A stretch of 64,000 nucleotides of DNA from Podarcis cretensis (GCA_951804945.1 OX638161.1:26226001-26290000), one strand, 5' to 3'; shown: positions 27,472-39,942, counted from the first letter of the stretch. Translations and numbers: made by a program. The notes: a model not told the origin generated them from the sequence alone.

Positions 27472-27678
27472 AGTCAACACATTTTGGAGTGGAACTTCCT
27501 TCTTGAGGAGCAAGCTTGGACATTCAGAAGCAGCTTACACAAAGATATTGGTGCCTATCTGTCACCATAAGGAAACCGTTCCTTTGGTGCCAGATAGGCA
27601 GCAATATTTGTGTAAGTTGCTTCAAACAGTCTAAGTTTGCTCCTGAAGAAGGAAGTTCCACTCCAAAATGCGTTGACT
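27472..27678. repeat. Long inverted repeat (~100-bp arms, 4-nt loop), probably inverted Penelope pseudo-LTRs
   Basis: Arms are near-perfect reverse complements around GGAA-accg-TTCC; right arm ends CTGAAGA...CAAAATGCGTTG...AATAAA. Confidence 0.8.
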
Positions 27679-27989
27679 GCAATAAACATTCAGAGGAGCA
27701 TTACTTGAAAAAGCTGGTGCCATCTATCACATCAGAAGCTGAGCTAATGAATGAACCCATTACATTATGGATTATTATTAGGCCCTATAACAGAGTTTCC
27801 TGGGAAGGTATGAGGACACAATTGGCATGTTTGCTGCAGAGTCTGGACTCTGTGATTGTGTCTGTGGCCTGGTGTTGCTGGTAAGTAGCTGCCTTAGGTT
27901 GTCTTATTCCTGGGTACCAGTCCAACTTCATTAATCTTTTTTTAAATTATTATTTCAGTGGGTGAGTATTATTGCAGTCTCAATGCAAA

Positions 27990-28558
27990 TCTGCATGTTC
28001 AAGTGTCTGGACAAATGCTCTTTTGCATTCTACACAGGACTAACAGTTCAATATCTATTCAACAAAATAAGGGGACACAAATCCAACATCAGAAATGGCA
28101 ATATCCACAAACCAGTTAGAGAACATTTTAACCTATCAGAATACTCTTTAACTGACCTTAAGGTGGCTATCCTTGAATGTTCAGTGTGAAACTGCTGAAT
28201 TCTGAGTTATCAGGCAATTCAATCCTGCCACCTGGGGCTTGACTCAAGATTGTGTTTTTTTTTAAAAGAAACACACGTGTATATGCTAATTAGCTAACAA
28301 ATGTCAGGATGACTGTGTTATCACAAACAGTGCCTAGTTAATTGGTCACTACAATTATTTTGCTTTTAGGTAACTGTCACTGCTCTTTTTGCATTTTATT
28401 CCATCGACTTCACTCCCATGCCAACCATGGGTAGATATGCTTGCCACTTTAGGACTGCATTTCATGTACCTTATGAAATAGCCTGTGGTACGTGAAAGCT
28501 TTTAGCCTTGCACCACAACAAATGTGTTGGTCTTTAAAGTGACACAAGATCCTTTGTT
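27990..28558 (+). mobile_element. Decayed Penelope-like retroelement 3' fragment (GIY-YIG C-terminus plus pLTR)
   Basis: YTGLTVQYLFNKIRGHKSNIRNGNIHKPVREHFNLSEYSLTDLKVAILE fits the Penelope endonuclease pattern YIGqT..L..RI..H...I....KPV..HFN...H...DL.V.IL; ends with CTTATGA..GAAAGCTT and ..GTCTTTAAAGTGACACAAG. Confidence 0.75.
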
Positions 28559-30232
28559 ATTAATACCACTAGTAATTACAGTATAGGAAAATAATTCAAA
28601 CAAAATGAAGCAAATAATAGTTGGCCTACTACAAATTTATATTGCATCCTTAGTTTGCTAAATTCTGTACCAACTGTATTGTGCTCACTCCTACAATTTA
28701 TATTTTGCTGAAGAGGAACTAAGGCTCAGTGTGTGTGTGTGTTGCCCAAGACTGCAAAATGAATTAATGGAAGAAGCAAATACTGAAATCAAGGTCTTTT
28801 AATCCAAGCCCAACTGACCCTGTGGCCCACACTGACTCTGTAAAACTAAGGCTGCAATCCTGTGCATACCTTCTAGGCAGCAAGTCCCGACAAAATCTGT
28901 AAGACTTAATTCTGTCTAAACATGCATAGGATTGCTCTGTGAAGCACTTATGTGGTTGTGTGTGAAACACACACACAGTGCTGATATAGAAGACAAGACA
29001 GTATTTTCCTTTTAGTATCATAGCCAAATTTTTCCCCCTAAGATAAGACAGCACAGATCAAAACGACCTCAAAAACTGTGACTGTCTAAATGACAAGTCT
29101 TTACCTTTTTAGGTGGTTTATGAACAGGTCCTACTGACTTATCTCAAATAGGAAGAAATCTTTTAGCCATGAGCACTGAAAATATTTGTAAAGGAATTTC
29201 CCCCTTTAAAAAGTGTTTTATTCAACACATTTGTAATGCAAAAACATTGTATAGAGAACCATATGGTGTTTTCCTACTTTATTTGCTGCTACTTTGATTC
29301 CCTTGGGTGATTTTGGGTTTCTTTTCTGGCCTTTTGAAAAATGGAATCGACTAACACAATTCCAAAAGGAAAGCATCAAAAATAAAAGGAGCACCCTGGA
29401 CCATACTTTTGTATTTTGGGCAAATTAATCTGCAGTAACTACCATTTCCTGATTCTGTATTAACAACAACTAACACATATTACAGGCCTACACAACTGAT
29501 GGCCCACCAAGCTGAATGCAGCCCCCGTCCACACCCACGTACTGTAGCCAGGCAGGTATTCACTACACCACGCCAGTTCTTGCAGTTGAAAGCACAGAGT
29601 AGGACAAGGTACTTTGGCAAATCTCTGGAGTGCCACTATGCATGGCTGGTGGGATGCATTTAGATTAGTGGTTTAGAAATTGTACAGGCTTGATGTACTA
29701 AAATCCCTACTTTTATGCTTGCAGCATACTTTTAAAGCATGTGACAAAATCCCTCTTGGCACTCTTTTCATCCTATTTGGAAGCACAGGAGAGTGCTTTA
29801 AGCTGCATTAAGGGACAACTGATCTACATCTGTCAGTCTTGAAGATGTACCCATAGTGTGCTTCTCTAAACCAACAAAATATTTTTAACCTCCAGAAGTC
29901 CCTCCGCCTTTGTCATTATTGCTGCGTGTCATTGTTCCCTCCCCCGCTCCCCAGTCTGCCACCTAAGATTGTAATACTATCTCCTTACTTCAAGAACTGC
30001 TGAGAATACAACTCTTCTAATATACAAAGACTTTTATAATCAAAGGTTGGGTGGTAGGGAAAGCGGAATGCGGCTGGGAATTCTGCTCCAGACTGAGCGA
30101 CAAGCCAAAAAGTACAAATTCAAGCTTCAAGGAAAATATTTCAGATCTTTCTCTAAGTGACATTATGCTTTCCCTATATTTATTTACCTACTTAATTTAT
30201 ATAGCTGCCCTATAGCAGAAGTACTCTAGGAA

Positions 30233-30442
30233 GCCAGTGTGGTATAGTGGTTAAGAGCATCAGACTAGGACCTGAGAGATTAGGGTTCAAATCCCACTCA
30301 GTTATGAAGCTCACTAGGTGACCTTGGGCCAGTCATTGCCTCTTGCTTAACCTACCTCACAAGGTTGTTATGGAGATTATGGAGGGGTGTGTGGACCATG
30401 TACTTTTTGGAGAAAAGGGTGTGATATAAATGCAATAAATAA
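30233..30442 (+). mobile_element. tRNA-derived SINE (MIR/CORE-like)
   Basis: A box TGGTATAGTGG, B box GGTTCAAATCCC, GTGACCTTGGGCCAGTCA core, AATAAATAA tail. Confidence 0.75.
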
Positions 30443-30844
30443 GCTCTTCTCCTTACCAGCTTAAGAAAGCCCATGTGGCTCTTTACATCAAGTTCTGATA
30501 AACTCAATCAACAGATACAAGCTCTGCCTTCATAGCTAGTTGTGACACCTGGTGCTTAGAGAACAAAAACCAGCATTTTGATTGTACGCTTTCTACATCT
30601 CCACACAATCCAAGCCTCCAGCTGCACAAAACCATTGCAAGCCTTTCACAGGCTGGAAATCTAAATCCCACCCGGAGTCATACACAGAATTTCATTGAGA
30701 AGCCCTCAGTTTGCATGGCAAACTTTCCCCACCTCCGTTCAGAGACACCTACTTTTGAGTGTCAACCTAAGACCTCAGTTTCCTTCAATGACCCGTCCCC
30801 CCTCCAATTTATGTTTAGATTTTAAGCACCACTATGAGAGTTTG

Positions 30845-31084
30845 TCCTGCCATCCTAGCAGTTCGAAAGCACGTCAAAGTGCAAGTAGATAAATAGGTAC
30901 CGCTCTGGCGGGAAGGGAAACGGCGTTTCTGTGCGCTGCTCTGGTTCGCCAGAAGCGGCTTAATCATGCTGGCCACATGACCCGGAAGCTGTACGCCGGC
31001 TCCCTCGACCAATAAAGCGAGATGAGCGCCGCAACCCCAGAGTCGGCCATGACTGGACCTAATGGTCAGGGGTCCCTTTACCTT
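30845..31084 (+). mobile_element. Sauria SINE, 5'-truncated
   Basis: Body matches the other copies; CCTTTACCTT tail; perfect 12-bp TSD TATGAGAGTTTG at 30833-30844 and 31085-31096. Confidence 0.9.
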
Positions 31085-31549
31085 TATGAGAGTTTGAGGG
31101 TACGTAACACTTTAAAATGAACTACTTAAGCCATCATAAACTAACTGGCTAGATTATATATATTTTATATATATTAAAAGCACACCACACATTAAAAGTA
31201 CAGTACATTAAACAAGGCAACTTAAACTTGACCAGAACATGTTGGGTTTAAAAGGAGAAGAAGAAGAAAGGAAAGAAAAAGTACAAATTCAGATTCCAGC
31301 CGGAAGTTTCACAGTTGCTTCTCTCCCACAACCCCCAAATGCCTTTCCGTCTCAGCAGACGCTATCTGATATTGCTCCAACTTCTCGGACTCAGCAACCA
31401 TCCCAACACTGGGACGTCCCTGCCAAATACAGTCCAGACCCTCTCCATGTAGCCGCACGCACAGCTCCCAAATTCGCTTCTGCCAGGAGGCCTTTTAGAT
31501 AAAAACTCTTCTTACCTGATGCCCTCACCGATCTCAGTCATACCCAGCC

Positions 31550-32470
31550 ATTCACACGTTCCTTTTCTCCTCCCCGCAAGCCGCCCCCCTTGAACCCCCA
31601 TATCCGACTCCTGGAACGGCAACGTCTCCCTTCCAGGGAGTTAGCTATCCCACGTGTATCCCCCACCTGCATTGCTCCCTCCCTCCCCCTCTCTCTCACG
31701 CACAAACTGCCACGATCCCTTCACGTGTTTCGAAACCCCGACGTCCCCACGTGCTTGCTCCTCCACCTCGCGCTCCTTCCGCGGCACTTTCGAGAGCGAC
31801 CCGCAACAACAACACAACACACAACACGCGCGCGAGCACGTGCCCCGCCGCCCCCGCTTTACCTGGAACGGAGGCGCGTGCCCCATGGCCCGGTACGGGG
31901 TGGCCCCGGCCGGGCTGGGTCCCCGCAAAAGCCCCGGAGCTGGCGGAGGAAGGGCGGACAGCGCCGCCGAAGCAACCGGAGGGGGGCCCCCGGGCTGCGG
32001 CGGCGGCGGCGGCGTGAGAGGAAACCCCCCGCGGCCGGCCATGGGGAGCCGAAGTGAGGAAGTCGGTAGAGGAGGCAACGGCCGTCAGGCGCTCCGAGCG
32101 CGCCCCACAGAAAAAAAGGGAAGCGGCGCTGGCTGGCTGGCTGGCTGGCTGACGAAGCGGGGCGGCTCTCAACGAGCTGCCCGGCTCCTCCTCTGGGACC
32201 GCCTCCTCACAAGCAACCGCCGGAGCCCAGCCTGGGAGGGAGCGAGCGAGCGAGCGAGAGAAGCGCCTCTCGGGACCTTCGGGCCACTGCGCGCGAGGCG
32301 CCACTATCGAGCAACCGCCTCCCGAGAGACGGTCGCGCGGGGCTGGGCGGGCTCGCTTCTCCTTCTTTCTCTCACATGGGAACCCTCCTCCCCAACTCAA
32401 CTCCGCATCCAGAGGGGCTTCACACCCTCAAGAAAGTGCGTCTGCGAGGGGGGGGGGGTCCCCTCAGCCT
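31550..32470. promoter_or_regulatory. CpG-island promoter of SMARCD2
   Basis: Sharp rise in GC and CpG over exon 1; GC boxes, GGAAGT ETS-like motifs, (GGCT)n and (GAGC)n runs. Confidence 0.85.
31863..32042 (-). CDS. SMARCD2: SMARCD2 exon 1 (coding part)
   Basis: ccccATGG start; MAGRGGFPLTPPPPPQPGGPPPVASAALSALPPPAPGLLRGPSPAGATPYRAMGHAPPFQ|gtaaag, phase 0 into exon 2. Confidence 0.9.
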
Positions 32471-34522
32471 TAAAAGTGTGCAGACCGCACGACCCTGGAG
32501 CATTGTGTGTTTTCGGAAGCAACTCTTTCAATCTCGCACTTCACTGCCTGGGGGAGATGAACGTTGGCACATTTCCTGGGGAGTAAATAAATAAACAACA
32601 ACAACAACAATTTATTATTTCTACCCCACCCATCTGGCCAGGTTTTCCCCAGCAACTCTGGGCGGCTTTCAACAGAACATTAAAAACAGAATAAAACTTC
32701 AAACATGAAGAATGCACCTAAACACAGCCTGTCATTTAGTTACCCTGCCACACATCAAATTAGTGTGAGGCAAAATAAAAACAAATACTCGATCTCTTCG
32801 ACAGCAAGATATTGGTTGGCTAAGCCTGAGCCACCCCAGGCAGTTTTCTCATCTGGCTTCACTGGGAAATTCCCAGTGGCAGAAATGGGACTTGCTTTTT
32901 AACCTCCCATGCAGACCTGCCTGCTTACTAAGGTCATGAGGAGCCTGTGAAAGCTCATCTCATGGGATCAGTCAGATAGAGGGCCTTTTCTGTTTTGGTG
33001 CCCACGGTAGTGTGTGAGGCATGATGTGCCAACTAGGATGTAGTTTCTACACATGTTAAAAATGTACCTGTTTACTTAGGCCTTTGCTGACCACTGAGGC
33101 CAGCCATTTTCTGTAATGCAGTTAAACGTACTGGCTGTTAAGGCTGCTGGTGTGTTTTTTGCTTGGTATTTTTAATGGATTTTACTGTAAACCGCCTTGA
33201 GATGTTTTCATAAATAGGCAGTCTATATTTTTAATAAATAAACAACCTGGCATATTAACGGAGGGCCCACCTGTTCACCTGTGCCAACGAGGCAAAACAA
33301 GAAAGGCATCCAATAGGGTTCTCATTGCCACTACCGGTGTTTCATCACGTTTCTTTTCATTATTTATTGAATAAGGTGTTGGAAAACAGGTAAATAGCAT
33401 CTAACAGAGACTGTAGGCCTTTCACATTCTACATGGCCATTTCAGTTTTGAGAATGGATATTATCCTGTCGTTTTGTGGCATGTACTCATTTATTTTTGT
33501 CTGGGGAAACAAGAAGGCCAAAGCAGATGTCAGGCAAGTACCTTTGAGGAGACCATGAAACCAGCAGGCCCTTTTCCTCATTGCTCTCTCCCTCAACCCA
33601 GATGGCCGGAGGACCCAGATGACCCTGTGAGCCAGTGTAGTATATGGTCAGAGTGTTGGGCTAGGAGCTGGAATGGAAGACCAAGGTTCAAATCCCCACT
33701 CAAAGTGGCCTGGGCCTATATCTAATATATATGTTTATATCAATAGCAATTTTAATTAGGGTTGCCAGGTCAGGATTACCCCAAACTCTTTAAGATTTCA
33801 GGCCCCAAACCTGAAACTTAGGGTGATATAATGTTGGGTGGGCCCTGGAGATGGAGGTTAATTGGGAGAGGGTAGTGGCAGGATGCCCGCCCACCCTAAG
33901 TGTCTATGCTCTAATTTGCAGTCAGCTCTTGCTGAGCTGAAGCTTGCAAGCTGCCTGTAAATGTCTCCCCTACCTGCCAGACCACCTTTGCCTTATGTGA
34001 TTGTCTTGTCAGAACGGTATTGCTGTAACACTCTTTTCCTCCAACAGCATGGAGCAGAGTCTCTTACACAGAGGGAAAGCATTCACCCTCACAGGTAGGT
34101 AAGCTCTCTGTTGGCAAAGGCCAGGCACTCTGCTTCAACCACTGCTGGCCATAAACTCCTGAGCACTTTGGCCTTGTGGGGTCACAGCTCAGATACAGGC
34201 AGCTGAATAAGCTGCTCCTGCACACACCGAGTTCTTCTGGGTATGATCACAGTCCTTGCAGTCTCTCCCTTCACTTATGCGGGTGTGTTGAGACACCAAG
34301 CACCGCTTATTCTTTTCTCTCATTGTCAAAGGCTCAGGATAAGGCATTGCTAGAGTGACTGGTTGACCGTGTCACACATCTGTCTTTCCCTTTCACAAAT
34401 TCCTGCATCCCGGATGCTGGTCAATAAAGTTTATGACATTGCCACACATTGTGGCTTTACTGGGAGTGGTAGATTGGGATCCCTTTGCCACAACCTTCAG
34501 GAATATCTGTATATTTGAATAC

Positions 34523-34536
34523 CTACCAGATGGCAG
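34523..34536 (+). promoter_or_regulatory. Candidate CTCF motif
   Basis: CTACCAGATGGCAG, one mismatch to CCACCAGATGGCAG; motif only. Confidence 0.3.
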
Positions 34537-34810
34537 AGCGCAAGTAATAGGAAGGCTGGCCAGATGACTAGATGGAGAGAAGTTACTTGCCCAAAGTGAT
34601 GAACAGAGTACAAGGCAGAGGTGGGAACAGCCTCACTGCATTAAAAAAACAACCCTCATGATGTCCCTTTCAACCAATTTCATCCTCAAACCGTTAATTT
34701 TCCTCCCTGACCTGTCCAAATAATTTCCCTTTCCAAAATTATTTTTGATTCTCTTTACCCCCACGTGTCCCATGTTTCTGCCGGCTACATTACAGACCCT
34801 TTAGGTTGGC

Positions 34811-35200
34811 TATTATTATTTATATCATTTATGAATCACTTGTGAGGGACCTCAAAGCAACTGGCATTATAATGACATATAAAAAACATTTTTAAAAAAA
34901 CTACACACACACATGCAATTGCATGCAAAACCACATATTTAGCAGGCATTGAAAAGCCAATAGGGTAGGTTCTGTCTGATATGTGGAATGGAGCCCCTGA
35001 CAGGATAGTACCTGCACTGTGCCTACTCCTACAGAACTCAGTGATCAGCTGGGTATGTGTAGGATGAGACAATCTTTTAGGTATCCTGCTAGGCTGTATA
35101 GGGTTTTGTACACCAATACCAGCATCTTGAACCTAGCCTAGTAGGTCATTGGCAGCCAGTGCAATTCCTTCAGCAGCGGCCTAATGTGATGGTGATGTTG
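34811..35200 (-). mobile_element. Decayed L2 LINE 3' fragment
   Basis: Reverse strand reads HIRPLLKELHWLPMTY*ARFKMLVLVYKTL (L2 ORF2 LHWLP motif). Confidence 0.75.
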
Positions 35201-35436
35201 GCTCAAAGTCAGTACGTACAGTATTTGTATTTTCATTCCTTCCTTCAGGAGGTGTTGAGCTGAAGCTGCCAGGTGTCTATGAGACTCCATAGAAACTGAA
35301 AGTGAAGAGTCATCACTGTCTCAAGACACCATCCCTGGCCGGTTGCCTCCACGTTGGGAAGACAGGTATGCAATGCTACCCACCCCTCCTGCTCTGCCAC
35401 TGTACCCTGGTACTCCGTCCTATTAACAATAGCTTT

Positions 35437-35472
<36 letters not shown>

Positions 35473-35473
35473 A

Positions 35474-36150
35474 GTTTTATTGAAGCATAATGACCATTAC
35501 CGACAACGTAAAAGTACAATAGCAGAGTATGACAACATAACATACCGTATGTAAAAAAAGAGGTCGGGAGTAGTAACACACTAATATAAACCAAGACATC
35601 CATTTTTCCTGAGCTGGTGTAGATGGTGCACGTTGGCCATCTATGTCCAAAGCATAAGAAATAAAACCCTGTCAGAGGACGTAGAAGCATTCTGGGTTTC
35701 CAATCCCTCTGGAGACCTGCAATTGGTGTATTATTTTTTTCCACAATAGCCAAAGTCCGTAAGTTCTTATGCCACAAAGAGAAATGTAGTTTCCCCCCCT
35801 CCAAAGTTTTCCGTTGCTGGCCTGTTGAAATCCCAGCAGCAGCTAGCATGGATGTCAAAGGTTCTTTAGAGTGCCAACCTTTTGTGATATCAGTCTGCAT
35901 ATTCAGTAATGACAGTTGTGGAGAAACCTGAACAGGTAGAATCCTAGAGTTGGACGGGGCCTTGAGGATCATCTAGTCCAAGCCCCTGCAATGTGGGACT
36001 ATGCAGCTGCCCCATATGGGGATCGAACCTGCAGCCTTGGCCTTGTCAGCACCATGCTTCTAACCAGCTGATAAGCTATCCAGAAAGTTAACGATTTTAG
36101 ATATTTCTTGATAAACTTGGGACCAGAATAATGAGAAATTCCTACCAAAG
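35474..36150 (-). mobile_element. Decayed L1/Tx1-like LINE 3' fragment, interrupted by a SINE; (TAAA)n at 35438-35473
   Basis: PQLSLLNM...LTSMLAAA...LWHKNLRTLAIVEK resembles the L1-clade ORF2 C-terminus; AATAAAA end on -. Confidence 0.5.
35936..36081 (-). mobile_element. Short tRNA-derived SINE with CR1-like tail (Squam3-like)
   Basis: GGATAGCT..CAGCTGGTTAG..GGTTCGATCCCC head; CCAACTCTAGGATTCTA tail. Confidence 0.7.
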
Positions 36151-36479
36151 ATGGGGGACTGTCCTTTAACAATAATATTTTGTATACTTTCATACTTTAT
36201 ATGTTAAATTTGAGTCATTGTACATCTTAAAACAACAGCACGTATGTACGGCCTAAATAGGGTTTGATCAATACAGTACTGTACTGGGTTTGTTTTTGTG
36301 GAGTATATATTTGGTTTTTTTACGAAGTAGAAGGATTAAGCGGCTACAGCATGGTTCCTGATCACTCGGATCCACATGTTGCATTGAGTCTGATCTATAC
36401 AGTATGTGGAACACAAAATGACTTGGTAGAATCCTTAACCCACCAGTTTCCAAAAGAAGGACAGAAACTTTGAGAAGCA

Positions 36480-37030
36480 GGAAGAGAGAGCGCCGGCCAC
36501 CGAGTCCCTTATGCAGGAGAGAGACCCCATCAGCCACAAGAGGGCCTGCTTAGCTGCCGAAGGAGAAAGGGGAGGTCTTTCTCTCTTTATTCTTTTCTCT
36601 AGCCAGGATGTGGAATTGAGCTTCCTGGATTTTGCAGCTTGCAGCTGCTTCCCCTAAGACCCCCCCTCTCATCCCAGCTCCCTGCAAGGGGGCGAGGATT
36701 TCTCTGTAATCGGCCTTCACCATTCTCAGGCAGGCCGCACGTTGCAGTCCCTGGCTAGGTGCAGGTAAATGATCGTGGGTCGGGGGGGTGGGGTGCAAAA
36801 GATCAACCCGGCCTTTTCGATCTCCTCTGCCCCCACCCTCCCGTCGCCGCCTTTGCAAGGTCCGATTCACAAGGAGGAAACAATGGAGGCTGTGCAGGAC
36901 ATAGATGGACCCCGAGGTGGAGGGTGCGGGATGGTAACAGCATTTCGATGCAGCCGTTTCCCCCTTTGCTGCCTGGACTTAAGACATTGCCCGAAGATCC
37001 TGGACTTAGAAGGGCGGGGGGCGATGTTTC
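36480..37030 (+). promoter_or_regulatory. Weak CpG-rich region; probable promoter / non-coding exon 1 of the ZNF gene (donor CAG|gtaaat at 36764/36765)
   Basis: Local CpG enrichment not explained by a repeat, 2.5 kb upstream of the KRAB-relic exon. Confidence 0.4.
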
Positions 37031-39371
37031 ATGCAATGTGGGAAAGACAGTCAGCTTGAAGGGTGGCAAGGAGGGCCCAGTTCATTGCGATTGCCTTTTA
37101 TAACCTTTGCATCCATTTGCCCATGTCCCCCTTACTCAATTTTCAAAAGATGCTACCGCCCAACAAAGTACGTCCCTCCCCATAATTTATGGCTTCTTTC
37201 CCTCTCTCCGGCTCCCACCGCGCCCCCAGGAATTGCCCCGATTCCTCCGTAACACCCCCACAGTCTTTTGCATGGACTTCTTCTCATAGTGAGGTAGTTT
37301 TGTTTCCACGCTGCATTTTTAAAAATATTTTTAAAGTATCCGTAGAGAGTTGGAACACATTTAACACTAGCTTGGGCCCGTTGGGATAACGCTCCATACA
37401 GTCGAGGAAGCGGTTTATAATGCACGAAAGCTTGTGTTACCATAATATAATTGTTTTGTCTTAGGATGCAACAGGATTTATATTTGCCACAACAAACTCC
37501 GCTGCCCCTCTGGCATTTGCTCATATTTTGTCCTTTGTACGTTCATGTGTTTTTTCACCACCAGACAAGCCAACTGGACTGGAGGGGATTTTGAACCATG
37601 ATCTAAAATATAACTAAACAAACAGTTTTGGGGACACAAAGTACTAACAGTACAGAGAAATGAAGAGCTGTTTTGCACATTACACAGAAATCCAGGTTTC
37701 CAACCCCCCCATAGGGAGCTGTGGTCAGTCCAAGCTTTTCAACAACAAGGTGTGTGATGTGTGTGTTTTTAAATAGTTGTTCATCACATTCACACTTTTG
37801 ATTTTTAGATGTATACTTGAGGGTGTTTTTTTTAAGGTATATACCTAAAAACCACAGGGTTGTATCCTGTTTTAGTCATACTCAGAGCAGACCCATTAAA
37901 ATTAATTGACATGATTTAGTCCATTAATTGTGGAATTATGTGAACAAAACCTGGTTGGCTATAATGTCCAAAGTGGCCCAGGTTTCTTTACAGGCATTTT
38001 TCTTTTACAAATGTAAACAACGGAGAACAAGTCTTAGGTAACCAACTTATTCCCTGCAATTACTTTGTGTCTTATTTCAATGTTCCCTTGGTCTGATTTT
38101 CCAAGGACTAATAATCTGTAGCGATATATGGACATGTTCATGGTTCAGCTACCTTACAGTCTGGTGCAGCCAGAGACAACACAGACTTTTGTAGTGTTTG
38201 ACTGCTGTACAGTGAGATAGTGCACTGTGTATATAACAAAGAGCATCTAACCACATGTGGGTGTGTCAAATGTGTAATCACATCACGAAGTGTAACATGC
38301 TTTCCCCATTCCTTCCTCAAGGATGCCACAATACAAGTTGTGTAATAATAGCTTATTGATTAGTTGGTTCAGTTCCATTCACATTTTAAAATCTCTTGGT
38401 GTATTGTATGGTGTACACACCTCAGTAAAAGTCACAGGTCTCCCATGTTGTGCAGCCATTTATTTGAATTTATATCTCTACCCTTGTACACCAGCGCAGT
38501 GGATCCCCTTAAACAAGCTGTTACCTCTCAGCCTCAGTCCTTCCCCCAGCCCATCTGCAACATGGGGATAACGAAGCTGATCTTATATTACTGGATTGTT
38601 ATGTGGATTACCAAGAGGTTAATGAAGTGCTCTGAAAACTCTTCAAGAGCCATTTAAATGGTATAGTGATTATAAAAAGAAAAACCTAAAAGCCACAGAG
38701 TAGCTTAGAAACGCTGTGCAAATATGCTCTGCCAATCCAACAAAATTAAAAATATAATTGTTCAAATGAATAAACAGGCCTTAAACCTGGGGACAGAAAT
38801 AAGACATGGCTGAATCCAGTGTTAGTCATACTTAGAATAGATTGCTAAGTGGTGCGCATTCATTTCAGCGGGTCTGCTCTTGAGTTTGACTAACATTGGA
38901 GTTGCTTCTTGGTGTTCCTCTCTGGGAATGCTGTTCCATAATTATGACTCATCTCTTGAGAAAGCCTGGCACCAAACAGCCATAGAATTCACCTCTCTAG
39001 AGGAAAGCACCCACAATAGGTCCCTTCCAGCATATCCCAGAAAATGTACAGAAGGATGCAATCCCAAAGTTTTGCAAGGCCCAAGCCACTTCATCAGACC
39101 CGTCCCCATGTCATAATACGACAGAGTTTGCCCCTCTCACAACATCGTTTTCTCTTTCTGCCCCACCTGCCTCCTCCAATCTCACACCATTGCTACATGG
39201 ATATGATTATCAAGAACACTGGGTTGCCGTAGAAAGGTTTCTACAAAGTGACGTGGCACAAACTCCTTCAGTTCTTTTTTTTATTTAGGTGCTTAGCAGT
39301 AGCCTTCTTTGCCAAGAGAAAGAAGAAGGACTCCAGTCATTTCTGGCGAGAGAGTACCCGTGTGTGCCGAG

Positions 39372-39405
39372 ATGCAGGAGAGCTATGAAACAGTGATCTC
39401 GCTGG
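39372..39405 (+). CDS. ZNF gene: coding end of a degenerate KRAB-A exon (exon 39289-39405)
   Basis: ATG CAG GAG AGC TAT GAA ACA GTG ATC TCG CTG G|gtaag = MQESYETVISL, matching the KRAB-A end VMQENYETLVSLG and its phase-1 donor. Confidence 0.65.
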
Positions 39406-39708
39406 GTAAGGGATCTCACTGCTTAAAATGTCTGTGCCGCCGGACTTGAACTCAAACTTTATCTACCCAGAACTAAAAATAGCCCTGTGGCATCTCAAGT
39501 CATCACATGGAAATTGTGTTGTGATGCCAGTTTGCCTCAATCACTGACTTTAATCTCCAATGGCGCACTTTTCCCTTGTCTCCCAAGACTGATGGATGCC
39601 AACAAAATAGTGGGGACCGCACTTTGGTTTATATACATTTTTTTGCGGTGGGAAAGAGCTGCTGATTTTTAAGGCCATATAGAAGTCAATACCTTCTCCC
39701 CTATATAG

Positions 39709-39844
39709 CAGGGTTTCCCAAACTTGAGTCTCCAGCTGTTTTTGGACTACAACTCCCATCATTCCTAGCTAGCAGGATCAGTGGTCAGGGATGATAGGAA
39801 TTGTAGTTTCAAATTAGCCGGAGACCCAAGTTTGGGAAACCCTG
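39709..39844. mobile_element. hAT-type palindromic MITE
   Basis: TIRs CAGGGTTTCCCAAACTTG / CAAGTTTGGGAAACCCTG; perfect 8-bp TSD CTATATAG. Confidence 0.9.
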
Positions 39845-39942
39845 CTATATAGCATCCAAAGGCCACTGCCTAACCAAACATTTTATCCTCCAGAAGTATC
39901 TTGTTTGGCTTATCAACCTTTTTTCTGCTCCTCTCTTCTTAG

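Noticed and set aside
30233-30300. tRNA-like A/B boxes here and near 5500, 33630, 36040, 40630, 50050, 63400 and 63800
   Set aside because: SINE heads continuing into SINE bodies; no cloverleaf or terminator, so not tRNA genes
31590-32586. Long ORFs over the SMARCD2 promoter (310 aa +, 234 aa -, 155 aa +)
   Set aside because: Stop-codon scarcity in a CpG island; low-complexity products; only 31863-32042 (-) matches a real protein
36759-37103. ORFs in the CpG-rich region upstream of the ZNF gene
   Set aside because: No SCAN, KRAB or other domain similarity, and no convincing in-frame splice into the ZNF exons
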